The notes under the pieces: model-generated
What the model was told of the DNA's origin: nothing
Database searches by the model: none
Seen by the model: only the letters and a program-made list of their open reading frames with translations
In this document: piece by piece, positions 23,042-34,848 of the stretch
How positions within the stretch are numbered: the stretch's first letter is position 1
How the letters are laid out: every line of letters begins with the position of its first letter
Assembly (NCBI GenBank): GCA_001600815.1
Contig: BCKZ01000010.1
Location: 327,527 to 391,526, forward strand
Direction of reading: 5' to 3'
Length of the DNA: 64,000 nt
From: Alloascoidea hylecoeti
Taxonomy: Eukaryota
Translations under genes and position numbers: made by a program

Positions 23042-25201
23042 TTAAAAAATAGAGACAACGGCACAGCTTACTACACTTATAATTATGCTTAAAACTCTAT
23101 TTTTAAAGGTCAAGGATGAGGCAGAGGAGGACGATTTTGTGGCAATTGTAAATAATGAGCTCGAGGAATATGAAGTTGTAAAGGTTTTAACTGAACTTGT
23201 AGTAGTTGAGATCGAGGTAGAAGATAAATAAGTTGTAGTTGTAGATAAAATTGAGGAAGAAGAAGCCGTTGAAGCAGAGGATATAGAAGATGTGGTTTCA
23301 ATTGGAGTAGTGATTAATGAGCTCGAGGTAGATGTAGATGTTTCAACTGTACTCGTAGTAGTTGAGATCGAGGCAGAAGAAGAAGAAGAAGTTGTGGTTT
23401 CAAATAAAATAGATGACACAGAAGACGTAGTTTCAATTGAGATAGAAGGGGGTGTATACGTCGAAGAAGATGTGGTATCAATTGAAGTAGTAAATAATGA
23501 GCTCGAGGTAGAAGATGTAAAAGTTTCAATTGTACTTGTAGTAGTTGGGATTGAGATAGAAGAAGTTATGGTTGCAAATAAAATAGATGTAGTTTCAATT
23601 GGAGTGGTAGTAGAAGAGTAAGTAGATGTGGTTTCAACTAGGGTGGTAGTAACAGAAGAAGTAGATGTAGTTTCAATTGTACTTGTAGTAGTTGGGATTG
23701 AGATAGAAGAAGTTATGGTTGCAAATAAAATAGATGTAGTTTCAATTGGAGTGGTAGTAGAAGAGTAAGTAGATGTGGTTTCAACTAGGGTGGTAGTAAC
23801 AGAAGAAGTAGATGTAGTTTCAATTGTACTTGTAGTAGTTGGGATTGAGATAGAAGAAGTTATGGTTGCAAATAAAATAGATGTAGTTTCAATTGGAGTG
23901 GTAGTAGAAGAGTAAGTAGATGTGGTTTCAACTAGGGTGGTAGTAACAGAAGAAGTAGATGTAGTATATGTATTATCTGATTTTTGACTTGGAGAACCAA
24001 GAATTTCAATATCAGCAGATGATCCAAATTTAGCCTGTGCCAAAGATATTTTATAATTATCCAAATCAAAGAGAGCATATGCACTTCTAAGGAAGGAATC
24101 ACCCAAAACAACTCTATCATTATGTGAATTAAAAATTGCAAGTACATTAATCTGTTCACCATTAACGATATATGGAGTCCCATCAGTTAATTTCGTAGGA
24201 ATCAAAAAGTTATCAATTGGAACCTTTATTGAAAGACTATTGAAGTTGAATAGTAAGTTGTCTACCTTTAAAGCTGATTTTGTGACTATGTAATTAGCTA
24301 AGTGATTATCATATGTGGCACCTAGGGATGTGACGAAATTTTGAAAGACTCCGGTAGGGACGTATAAACCAGTAGTTCCAGAATCAACGACAGCATATGT
24401 GGAGCTATCTAAGATATTGTTTCCATTATCAAATGCATTAATGGAATCAATTTGAACTTGTAAATGGCTTCTTACAGTTTGACCAGGAACTGGGACAACA
24501 TCCAATTCAACCAAAGATCCTTCATATTTCCCATGATCAATTGCACCAAATAAAAGTGTTCCTGTTGAATCACTTGGACCATTTAAAAAGATTGAAAATG
24601 CTTTTACATTAATAAGACCATTATCAACCAATGATGAAACTAAATTGGGATATTTTTGAGGTGCTGATTCAAGATCAGGAAATCCAAGACCCAAAATTCC
24701 CTTGGCACCATTCACATTTGTTGCAACTCCAAATTGAAAATTATTTAATGTAGCAGAACCAATTGAAAGAGTATCAGTAACCCAATCTCCTGTTGCCTTG
24801 ACTCCTCCTACAAACCTAGCATTAAAATCCAAGTTTAGTTTATTATAACTTGATGAAGAATCGGTATTAAAAGTTCCGTAGTCATTTGAGCCATGGTTAT
24901 TGCTTCCAATAACCCAAGTATCAGATGATCCAGTATCAATGGATAACCTTACCTTCTGTGAAGAAGATCCAAGTTCAACCGTAGCAGCATAAAAGTTATT
25001 TTCATTTTCTAAGATAATACCCATTGAATTTCTCTTATATTTGGAAAATGCAAATTCATCATTAACGTCCAAAAGTTTTTCTTTTTTAAATGTAAGAGAA
25101 ATCGGCTCTTGTTGATTAGTTGATAGATATGCACCTTTATCACAATTGACAATTGGAAAAAAAGAAATAAAGCTTACTGCAAGCTTAAATGATAATTTCA
25201 T
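23042..25201 (-). CDS. Secreted, probably GPI-anchored aspartic protease (yapsin/SAP-like)
   Basis: Signal peptide, KR pro-site, catalytic DTGSSD and DSGTT, GILGLG, LGDSFLRSAY, Ser/Thr-rich stalk and hydrophobic C-terminal tail. Confidence 0.92.
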   Translation of the reverse strand: MKLSFKLAVSFISFFPIVNCDKGAYLSTNQQEPISLTFKKEKLLDVNDEFAFSKYKRNSMGIILENENNFYAATVELGSSSQKVRLSIDTGSSDTWVIGSNNHGSNDYGTFNTDSSSSYNKLNLDFNARFVGGVKATGDWVTDTLSIGSATLNNFQFGVATNVNGAKGILGLGFPDLESAPQKYPNLVSSLVDNGLINVKAFSIFLNGPSDSTGTLLFGAIDHGKYEGSLVELDVVPVPGQTVRSHLQVQIDSINAFDNGNNILDSSTYAVVDSGTTGLYVPTGVFQNFVTSLGATYDNHLANYIVTKSALKVDNLLFNFNSLSIKVPIDNFLIPTKLTDGTPYIVNGEQINVLAIFNSHNDRVVLGDSFLRSAYALFDLDNYKISLAQAKFGSSADIEILGSPSQKSDNTYTTSTSSVTTTLVETTSTYSSTTTPIETTSILFATITSSISIPTTTSTIETTSTSSVTTTLVETTSTYSSTTTPIETTSILFATITSSISIPTTTSTIETTSTSSVTTTLVETTSTYSSTTTPIETTSILFATITSSISIPTTTSTIETFTSSTSSSLFTTSIDTTSSSTYTPPSISIETTSSVSSILFETTTSSSSSASISTTTSTVETSTSTSSSLITTPIETTSSISSASTASSSSILSTTTTYLSSTSISTTTSSVKTFTTSYSSSSLFTIATKSSSSASSLTFKNRVLSIIISVVSCAVVSIF
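23523..23965 (-). repeat. Three 147-bp (49-aa) coding tandem repeats in the protease stalk
   Basis: Unit starts at 23523, 23670 and 23817 (period 147); copies look identical. Unit TTSTSSVTTTLVETTSTYSSTTTPIETTSILFATITSSISIPTTTSTIE. Confidence 0.95.
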
Positions 25202-26489
25202 TTTTGTTTTTTACCCTGATCTTAAGAAACTGAAAATGTTTATTGGGATGTAATATTTGTGTTAAATTAATTAAAAAAAAATGTAAATGATTAAGATCCT
25301 TTACCATTATATAGATTCGCTAAAATTATATATTAGATTAATTGTTTCGTGAAAATATATAAATCGAATATCAACTGCTTCGTGGTTGTTTTGAGTGAAG
25401 GACTGTTCTATTTGTAATATGCATATGCATGCGAATTAATACTGAGCCGCGTTTAATTTTGTTTGCAATAAGTTCCAGTTTTAAGGTTTCATCTATAATC
25501 AATATATCATATATCACCTTCAAGCTACTAGCTTTGACAATGCACATCTCGCTAGTCAGAATTTCCGTCACCAGAAAGTTGACTTCTTGGAAATGTATGA
25601 TAAGTGTTTAAACCAGGCATTGATATCAAAAAACATACCTTCTCGTTTCAAATAACAGATATATCACCATTCAATCCAGAAGATGTCTTGAAGTGCAGTG
25701 ACAAACCCAAACAAAACTAAACTGATTGAATACACGTCTATTGCATAAAAAGAACTGACTAAAGATGATGAAGTGATTGGTTGATTTTGTGGAAGAACAT
25801 TTGATTTCATTATGAATTATAACTTATAATTGTGTCATATTGGCGCTACTTCATAGAGGTGCCAAAGCCTCTCGGAGTACGAAATCTACTAGAGAGCCTG
25901 AATGTGCCATCCTCTAGCGTTAATTAAGGCTTGAGAATGATTTCCAAGTACCTATTCTTAACATTGACGAAATCGTGGAAATGGTGAATTATGGGAAGAA
26001 CATATAAAATATTTCACCTGGTGAGAAACTCCAAGGATTTCTAAAATCTGTAAAGCATTAACAATCAGAATCTCCCGTGTCTCACCAAACATATGTGCAT
26101 CTTATATAAACAACAAATAATTTTGTTGAATATTAAATAATGTTTTAGTTTTTGTATTTCTTGTGGTGCCTAGCTATCTTCACACATACATGAAATCAAA
26201 AACTTTTGGAGTTTATTTTTACTTGGGCCTAGGAGATAATTGCAAGAATCTTTGGTTCCTTTTTAATCCACACAATTAGTTCAGATTTACCCTCACTTAC
26301 GTATATAATTATTAATTAAAGCGTTTAGTTCAAGCCCCAGTTCATCTGCTCCCTTTATAATGATAATAGGTAATAGTGGCCTTTTAAAAATTTGCTGTCA
26401 TCATAATCAATTTCGTATTCAAACTTCTCAAAAATAATATAAGTCTTATATCGAGGTTATATATACCATTGAACTCAAAATATTTCTTC

Positions 26490-27683
26490 CTAATGAATTA
26501 AATAATTCTCAGTGTACCATCTTAATTCATCGATACTTTCCAAAATATCATCCTTTGCTCTATGTTTCCCACTCTTTTTTGGTCTTTGTTTCATCAATTG
26601 TATATTATGTCTTAATCCAATTTCATTTAATGAACTAACATCAATCATTCTTGGTCCCAATAATAATGAAGTTTTGGGCAGATCTCTATCAATGAATGAT
26701 CTATCATACCAGATACTACTACCCGCCAGGACCAAACTTCTATTAATGATTTTTGAGCATGTTGGGAAAATTAATTTGTTAATATAATTTGAAAGCAATT
26801 CATCAGCTTTACTAATTGTAATTGAAGAATCTTGTTCTTTACATTTTTGAGTTAAACCTGATTTACCATGATGATTTCTTGCCCAATAATCCATTTTTGA
26901 AAGTGTTGAATCAGATTGATAAATGATAAGGTTAAAGCCTGATTCTTCAATTAAAGTTAAGTCCTTTGTTGTTAGGAAACAACTTATCTCCAATATAACA
27001 TCTGATTTTTTATCTAAACCAGTTGTTTCTAGATCAATCCAAACTATTGATCTTGGATATTTTGCAGGATACTTTGAGGCCAACGATCTATATTTCTGTT
27101 CAGGATAGTTTGCAGATGGTTTCAAAGGTGTATTTTCTGATGGAGGAGCTGAGGGTTCACCAAGGTTTGCCATTGAATTTAGTTCCGGAGTTGAATCAGC
27201 GGTCACAAAGGAGTCATAATGATCTTCATCAATATTACCATTAGGAATTATTTTAGTTTCCTTCAAATTCTCAGAAAAATCTTCAGCTGCAGGTTCTTCT
27301 CCAATCAATATTGTAAAACTTTTTTTAGCTTTAGTTTTATGCTTACTAGCATCATCTTTATCATCAGTAACGGTATTATTGATGTTTAAGATATCAACTA
27401 AATTTGGTGCCTGAGCTTGAAAATCAGCTTCCTCTTCTTCTTTTTCCAATAACTTCAATTCACTCATCATAGCATTAATTTCATCTTCATCTTCGTATAA
27501 TTCATCGTCAATGTCATATGTATCAACTAATGATGTTTCATTCTTAGCTTCGATCACTTCCACTTTTTTGCCATCAACATCAATAATTTGTGGGACATGA
27601 TCATCAAGCCATTTATTTAAATTTTCAAGCTTTGTATCAAAAAGATTAGATAATCGTTGGAAATCATCATCGGTGAGAGTCAT
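26490..27683 (-). CDS. Oligoribonuclease (Orn/REX2-like DEDDh exonuclease) with about 200-aa acidic N-terminal extension
   Basis: IVWIDLETTGLD, ILEISCFLT, MDYWARNHHGKSGL, LAGSSIWYDRSFI, MIDVSSL and HRAKDDILESIDELRWY motifs. Confidence 0.85.
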   Translation of the reverse strand: MTLTDDDFQRLSNLFDTKLENLNKWLDDHVPQIIDVDGKKVEVIEAKNETSLVDTYDIDDELYEDEDEINAMMSELKLLEKEEEEADFQAQAPNLVDILNINNTVTDDKDDASKHKTKAKKSFTILIGEEPAAEDFSENLKETKIIPNGNIDEDHYDSFVTADSTPELNSMANLGEPSAPPSENTPLKPSANYPEQKYRSLASKYPAKYPRSIVWIDLETTGLDKKSDVILEISCFLTTKDLTLIEESGFNLIIYQSDSTLSKMDYWARNHHGKSGLTQKCKEQDSSITISKADELLSNYINKLIFPTCSKIINRSLVLAGSSIWYDRSFIDRDLPKTSLLLGPRMIDVSSLNEIGLRHNIQLMKQRPKKSGKHRAKDDILESIDELRWYTENYLIH

Positions 27684-28240
27684 TTTATGAATATAAATTT
27701 GATGTATCAGTTAGTAAATTATGTTCAGGTGAACTTTATATGATAAAGGGGATGATCATGTGCACAATATGTATATGCATATGCATTTATGCAGTTACTA
27801 CTATCAGTATTGTAGCTTTGATATATCTTTTAATATAAATTGTATTATAGTTAGCTTCAGTTAGGAATACTGAACTGTCATGACACACTGAGGACGATAC
27901 GTAGATATTGTAACACAAGGTAACACAATAATGTTTGTATAACACAACCTATAAAATCTAGATGTTTTATTGAGAAAACATATAATATTCTATATAAAGT
28001 ATATGCGTAATATACAGCACAGACTCAAATATACTTAAGATGCTCAAAGCATCAGTATATGCAATAATGCAATAATGCAACTTCCTATTGATTATGTCTT
28101 ACATATCTTTTGTCATTACCCGGATGTTACGGGTGATCCTCCCTCATCAAATTGCACCAATACTACTATGAAATAGTATGAATACATGTTATCGTACAAA
28201 AAACAGTAAACTACACATGTTTTTTTCATCGATTTAAGTA

Positions 28241-28795
28241 TTGCTAATTGGTTTATTTTCAATAAGTGGATGTGTTCATTTTGAAAATATTATTGATGAT
28301 TTAACGCTTACTGTTAATAATGAAAAGTATTCAATTCCAACAATAAGAGAGATAACCATTTTATCTGATTCATCAATTAAGATTGATCCTAAAGTCTTAG
28401 AGCTTAGTTATTTTGGGAAATGATTAAATTAAGTAATTGAAGACGACATCAATTTAATCGCTAGAGTCCAAAAGTGGGAAATCGACCGACATTTAGAATA
28501 CAGCTTGACTCAATCTAAAACACGTATATAAATAAATAATTTGTGTATTCCCACAAAAGAAAGAAGTAAATAAGATGAAATTGTTGAATCAAGTAGCCCG
28601 ATTAGAACAACTGCTAATAGTCGTCTTCCTCAATTTGAAGAATTCAAATCTGAGATCAATTAGAAGTTCGATGATCTCTCACAGAAATTTGACAAATTAT
28701 TGGAAATGTTTACAACATTAATAAACGCTGAAAAAGATATGGATGAACCAGATTTAAACCTCATTAAATCTGACTTTTCTCACAGCTGTAGGTAA
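28241..28795 (+). pseudogene. Decayed reading frame of unknown family
   Basis: 184 codons readable in one frame with five internal stops and protein-like composition, including a heptad-like end (FEEFKSEIN*KFDDLSQKFDKLLEMF). Confidence 0.35.
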
Positions 28796-30091
28796 TAATA
28801 CTATATCTATATCTATATTGAATTCGAACTATAGTAAAAATGTATGTGAGTATTACCTTAGATTACTTTTAAATGACCTACAAACTCAATTGATATTGTA
28901 TTGTAACAAATTCAGTTTGAATTTGCTTTTCCTTTGATTAGAGCTCAATAAGTATTAATTATTATAATTGTTTCAATTACATTAATTGAATATAAATACT
29001 CTATATAGAAATTATGAATCTAAAAGTATAATGCTATACGTATAAAGAGCTCGAGAGTTGAATCCTATTTATAACTATTAATTAAGGAATATATTCGAAT
29101 GTATACAGCGCTTAAACTATGTAGTTGATACATTGCAATTGAGATCAAGAATAAGAGAAATATGGAAAGGAAATCAGATTGATCATGCATAAGAGTCTTA
29201 TAGTTACAATAGGGGATTAAAATTGAAAAAGTTATAAGACAGCAGGAATGCTCACAGGAATATGAAGAATAGACCCTAGCACTTGGAAAGGCATAAAAAT
29301 TGAGCAAAAATGAAAGGAAAAGATAGTATATAGAAACTAGCGATTTTATTGTATCAGCTCGCTAAATAATTTCTCATATTTTGCCCAAAAGATAATGCAT
29401 CATGTTCCCGAATAGTTTTTAAAAGAACGGCCGAATATTAGTGTGAGCGCTATAGTTATCAAAAAGAGCCCTATATATCTTAAATGGGCGGAAAAACTTT
29501 GTTATTAATTAATAATTAATTTGATAAATTAACTAAATTAATATTATAAATTGTGAAAATATATCCAATACTTTATAATTTTAAGCATTTCTTTTAAATC
29601 TTTGAGTTGCTTATGACATAATTATACATCCGTATCTCTGTCAAAAACACACACAATTGTAAATAATTTTAGATACATACATCAATATTATAATAATATT
29701 CGAAGAATCACCAGAAAAATATGAGACATGGAAAATATAGATAGCTGTTAAATGAGACATGCTAACAATATTTTCACATTTTTTTCAAATTCATAAACGC
29801 AATAGCTTGAAAACATCTATTTACAGCTGCTTATTAATATTCTTGCTAATTACAATTAATGCCAATTTAAACAATAAAATTTTAGCTACGTGGTTAATAC
29901 TGGTTATATTACACAGTGTTAACTGTTAAGTGAAAAAAGGATCCTGAAAAACATATAGATAGCTTGATACAGTTATAGATAGAGGAAGAAACTCATGAAA
30001 TCATCTTACTCATTCATTATCTATGTAACATATATCAAGTATTTATAGTTATAAATAAAATACATAATTCATCCTTTCTGTAGCATCCTTT

Positions 30092-31339
30092 TTATTCGAG
30101 AACGATCAAACTAGCAGCTCCCATACCAGTACCAATACACATGGAAGTAACACCAATCTTTTTATTAGTTTTCTTTAATTCATTAATTAATGTTGCATAC
30201 TGTCTAGCACCAGTTGCACCCAATGGATGACCAATTGCAATTGCACCACCATTTGGATTAACTTTATTTATATCAATACCAACATGTTCAATTGAGAATA
30301 AACATTGTGCAGAGAAGGCTTCGTTAATTTCATACACATCGACATCATCTTTTGAAATCCCAACTTTATTAAGAAGCTTTGGAATTGCGTATGCTGGACC
30401 AACACCCATAAGCTCTGGTGGAACACCAACGATTGTGGTTTCAATGTATTTAGCAACGATTGGTAAGCCGAGTTTTTCAGCGGTTGATCTTTTGGCTAAT
30501 AAAACAGCACCTGCACCATCAGAAATTTGAGAAGCATTACCAGCATGAGTAGTACCAGTCTTACTAAAAGCAGGTCTTAGTTTAGATAAAGATTCAACAG
30601 TTGTGTTTGGTCTGGCACCTTCATCATTGGCAACAACGATTTCTTTCTCATTTCCATCTTTATCGGTCCATTTAACCTTTAATGGAATAATCTCATCTTT
30701 GAATCTACCCTCGGCAATGGCCTTTACAGCTTTTTGATAAGAAGCAGCAGCAAATTCATCCTGTTGTCTTCTTGAAATTGAATACTTGGCGGCAATATTT
30801 TCATTAGTAATACCCATTGGAATAAGACATTTTGTAGATTCGCTATTTTCGTTTAAATAATCATCAAAAGGCGTAACCGAGTTAGGTCCGTAGTGGTTAG
30901 TCATAGATTCAACACCAGCAGCCAAACCAATTTCAATTTGACCAACTGAAATTTTATTAGCAATGTCATTAATGGCCATTAAACCAGATGAGCACTGTCT
31001 GTTAACTGCTTGGAATGGGGCGGTATAAGGAATACCGGCAGCTAAAGCAGCAGCTCTATGATCTGTGGCACCAGCACCGGCATTCAAGACGTTTCCAACG
31101 ACAACATCTTCAATAAGCTTAGGATCGATATTGGTTCTTTCTAATAACCCTTGGAACAATAAACCGAGAATCTTAGCGGAGGAGGTATCTTTAAATCCAC
31201 CTTTACCACCTTTGGCGTGGGCTGTTCTGTAAGCAGCCACAATGACTACATCATCTGGGGTTTTCTGCGAGACAGACTCGACACCAGCACTTGTTTTATT
31301 TGCTGATAATTGGTTTGATAAGCTTGAGATTCTTTCCAT
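30092..31339 (-). CDS. POT1: Peroxisomal 3-ketoacyl-CoA thiolase
   Basis: PTS2-like RISSLSNQL; NRQCSSGL, GNASQISDGA, EINEAF, GHPLGATG and SMCIGTGMGAA motifs. Confidence 0.95.
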   Translation of the reverse strand: MERISSLSNQLSANKTSAGVESVSQKTPDDVVIVAAYRTAHAKGGKGGFKDTSSAKILGLLFQGLLERTNIDPKLIEDVVVGNVLNAGAGATDHRAAALAAGIPYTAPFQAVNRQCSSGLMAINDIANKISVGQIEIGLAAGVESMTNHYGPNSVTPFDDYLNENSESTKCLIPMGITNENIAAKYSISRRQQDEFAAASYQKAVKAIAEGRFKDEIIPLKVKWTDKDGNEKEIVVANDEGARPNTTVESLSKLRPAFSKTGTTHAGNASQISDGAGAVLLAKRSTAEKLGLPIVAKYIETTIVGVPPELMGVGPAYAIPKLLNKVGISKDDVDVYEINEAFSAQCLFSIEHVGIDINKVNPNGGAIAIGHPLGATGARQYATLINELKKTNKKIGVTSMCIGTGMGAASLIVLE

Positions 31340-31441
31340 TTTTAAAAAATAAAATTTGTTTATATGAATTAGGGATAAAATTAAACAAAAAGAAATATTT
31401 GGAAATGCTTCTCTTTATATAGGATGGATTGGAATATTTCG

Positions 31442-31476
31442 TTACCCGGCCGTATTATTCACATGTAAATGCGGGG
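31442..31476. promoter_or_regulatory. Reb1-type site plus Mig1-type GC box upstream of POT1
   Basis: TTACCCGG at 31442-31449; AT-rich flank plus GCGGGG at 31471-31476; TATA-like element between them and the ATG. Confidence 0.4.
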
Positions 31477-32226
31477 TGGATCTCGCGAACATCAATGATT
31501 TCCGAATCTGATGGGGTACATACATATGTATAGTGATAGTGTAATCGTCTTTTTGTGGCTTGTGATGTTTTACTATGGGAATTTTAAAACCTTAACACTA
31601 GGATTTGCTGTCAGATTCGGAACTTCTCTTTACTTCGAATTTATTGCTTACTACATATAGGCCCTATATATATTGTTTATAATATGTAACCACTTAAAAT
31701 GGTATATCGCTAAAGAAATGTGAATTATTTTGCTTTCTGGACCTGAACTTTAGTTTTGACATAATATATATATATTTTGATGACCTTACTGGAAGCCGAA
31801 AGGAATTCCCCACAATTGTAAACTCGAAGGCATTTACAGCCGGTGAAATCCAAAATCTTCAGGCACCCTCCCAGATGAATTATACGGCAATACAGTACTA
31901 TGACCCGTCATTGAATACCCTACCAGGCCTTAAACTGTTCTTAAAATAATGCATAATATCCCGAAGATTATATTAATGAAAATTTAAACCCACGCAAAGT
32001 ACTCCAGCCATATCGAGTCTGGGAGGTGCACCCTCCAAAAAAATAACAATTTATAAACAACTACCAAATACTCCACAAAACCCCAAACCATTTCTAAAAT
32101 GGTGTATAGTGTTCCGTAGAGTTTACAATGGCTGGTTATAATATTGGAATTCTTTTGATGGGTGTCACAAAAATGAAGTGACGAGCCCAAGCTTGTCACT
32201 CTGTACGTGTACCGACTATACTGGTA

Positions 32227-32483
32227 CAGTTTTTCCACTCTGAATTCGCCACTTTCGAGAGCCATTTTCGTCACAGATGTACGTGTTTTCGGCCTCGCGA
32301 AATTAACTTCGGTCTACATAATGTCGAAATATGTGTCAAGCATATGACGAACTGAAGTAAATCAGAATAACGAAAATGTGGTCACACAAAAATCGAATTA
32401 TTAAATTTCACGATGCCGAAAACACACATACATTTGTGACTAAAATGGCTTTCGAAAGTGGTGAATTCAAAGAGGGAGAGCTG
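32227..32483. mobile_element. MITE-like non-autonomous DNA transposon (Tc1/mariner/pogo type)
   Basis: About 80-bp terminal inverted repeats (32227-32306 and 32401-32483, about 80% identical), both beginning CAG and flanked by TA (32225-6, 32484-5). No transposase. Confidence 0.7.
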
Positions 32484-33750
32484 TACATGCTATTGAACTT
32501 TGAAGTCAGCTCCTCAAACGTATTCAAGGGGATAGTATTTACAATCCTCAGTATTTAATTTAATTTCCTTTCAGAAAGTGTTTTAGGCTCTTTTTTTCCA
32601 GGAGGTATAATATCGGAAAAGATGTTGAGATATTTCTTTACAATGACCACACAGTCGAAGAGATAATTATATTAAAACTTCTACCTAATTCAGCAAATTA
32701 GAAACAAATTTACTCGGATTAGATACTTTATTTCGGTTAGTAGGTTGTGATTTCTTTCAGTCCCTGAAAAGAACATTTAAAAGCATCGCAAATTTCCTAA
32801 ATATAGGTATAATGTCGATAAATTTGGACCAAAATGTTATCTGTTATACCCAACTAAACCATGATATATTTTTGGACCAATATTTAGGGACTTTAATAAA
32901 ATTGACCAATTGCAATTTGCAGTTGCCATGACAAGCCACTCAATAATATCCAGTTATTCACTACATTACATTTCTGAAATTAATGTGGCTATGTTCAATA
33001 CCTCAAATAAATACCTTATTACATCGTGTGTTTTGAAAGCTCTTTGGCACAATTGCAAGCTTATATTATATATGAACTAAATCTAGAATCCGAAGCGGGC
33101 TCTAAATTTTTGAAAAATGTTGTAGATGTTCAACGCTGTTAACGCGTTGAAATTTGAACTGATGCATATATATGCAATAGCTCACCTGGACACGTATAAA
33201 CATCACAGCCTTACCAGAAAAACAAACACCAAACAGGCGGAACACATCTTCACCAAAGTCAGACACACTGCTATCGATACAAAATCAACTATGCTGATCA
33301 AAGCCATATATAAGTTGTGTGTTTAATTTGGTTATTTATAAAGATTGAATTGAATATACGCATGCATGTTTTTATTTTCGATAAAATATTTAAGACTCAA
33401 CAACAGAATTCGAAGAAATAAATGGCTGGCAGCAGATTGTTCATAATTATAATTAATTTGGTACCTTGCCGTTATAAGCATAATAAATCAATTGCTATCT
33501 ACTATTTTATGCCCGAATTGCCAAATTTAACACAGCACTGAAGCAGTGATAATTTTTGAAACCATCTTTAATTGAATAACCCACCTCTTTAATTATTTGA
33601 ATTCTTTTATTATATAAAAAGATTGACCCTTGTTAATGGTTTCTATCTTTTGCTTCGCTTCTCCTTTCTTCTTTTAATTTTCTTATACCAACATAACTGA
33701 CTCTCTCGTTTTAATACTTTTTAACTGTAACATAACTTATAGTTATCAAC

Positions 33751-34848
33751 ATGGCGAACCTTACTTTAAACTTTGATGTCAAAAAATATCAGAAAATCAA
33801 TCTCTATGTCTTATCCATTAGATTTCTAGAGTTTTTCTTTGCAGGCCTTATTATGGGTCTCTGCTGCTATCACATACAAACTGCCCGAGCGTTCCACAGA
33901 AGAGTATTAGGGGGTATAATTTTCTTGTTAATCCTTTCCATTTTCTCGATCCTCACCCTTTTTGCTTACTGTTTCAATATTTTCAGAAAACTTCTTTGGT
34001 TATTTTGGTGGGATTTTGCACTATTTTTAGTTTGGATTATTGCTTACTTTTGGTTCTGGGATGTTGTTTCACCATTAACGTGCCATAGAAGAAACGCAAA
34101 TCCTTTCGCAGGAAACTCATGTCAAAGAAATCAATCGATCCTTATATTCTCAGTTGTTGAAGGTTGTCTTTGGTTATTAACAGCTTTAATTGGACTTTAT
34201 GAACTCTATAAGGCATATAAAGCTGAAAAACAGGCTGCTGCTCAATTTTCTGCTGCCGCCAGTGAACCAGGTCCAGAAATGTCACTTGTTACACCAGTGA
34301 CATATTATCCACCTCAAACACATTCTCATAATAGACCAATATCACAAACAATGAGTATCAGCACAAGCGGTCCTGGTGATACATATATAAGCCGAACAAC
34401 AACAGATGCTCGTTCAAACTTTAGTGGCGATACAAAACGAAACAGCATTTCGCCAAGTCGTCACCATTCACTTTCTGAACCTCGAAAGAGTTTCATTAGT
34501 GATAGTAAACACAGCCATTATGACAGCCGTGCACCATCAGAATACACAGAACAAACTTATACACATCATAGCCATATATCACCTGAAAAGCATACTTTAT
34601 TGAGCAAACCATCCAAAAGTAGAAAGAGCAGTCACAGTCATAGAAGCTCATCTAATCACCATAGAAGTTCTAGTAGCGGTGGAAGAACAAATAGTAGAAC
34701 TCATAGCAGGAGTCACAGGACTGAAGATGATGAAGAGAAGGTAAGAAGAAATCTTAATAATAGTAATAGTAGCACAACAACTTCTGGTGATTCAGAGCAA
34801 ACAGCATTCTTAGCAAATCAAAGTTCACCCCCGAAATCAAAGAGATAA
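33751..34848 (+). CDS. Four-transmembrane MARVEL-like membrane protein with Ser/His-rich cytosolic tail
   Basis: IRFLEFFFAGLIMGL first helix, DFALFLVWI third helix, two loop cysteines, four hydrophobic segments, then a disordered tail. Confidence 0.7.
   Translation: MANLTLNFDVKKYQKINLYVLSIRFLEFFFAGLIMGLCCYHIQTARAFHRRVLGGIIFLLILSIFSILTLFAYCFNIFRKLLWLFWWDFALFLVWIIAYFWFWDVVSPLTCHRRNANPFAGNSCQRNQSILIFSVVEGCLWLLTALIGLYELYKAYKAEKQAAAQFSAAASEPGPEMSLVTPVTYYPPQTHSHNRPISQTMSISTSGPGDTYISRTTTDARSNFSGDTKRNSISPSRHHSLSEPRKSFISDSKHSHYDSRAPSEYTEQTYTHHSHISPEKHTLLSKPSKSRKSSHSHRSSSNHHRSSSSGGRTNSRTHSRSHRTEDDEEKVRRNLNNSNSSTTTSGDSEQTAFLANQSSPPKSKR

Noticed and set aside
23523..23965. Regular repeats as a CRISPR-like array
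   Set aside because: Eukaryotic, in-frame coding tandem repeats with no unique spacers.
31984..32558. Two short ORFs sharing TKMA.ESGEF
   Set aside because: They are mirror translations of the inverted repeats, with non-ATG or weak starts and no transposase motifs.
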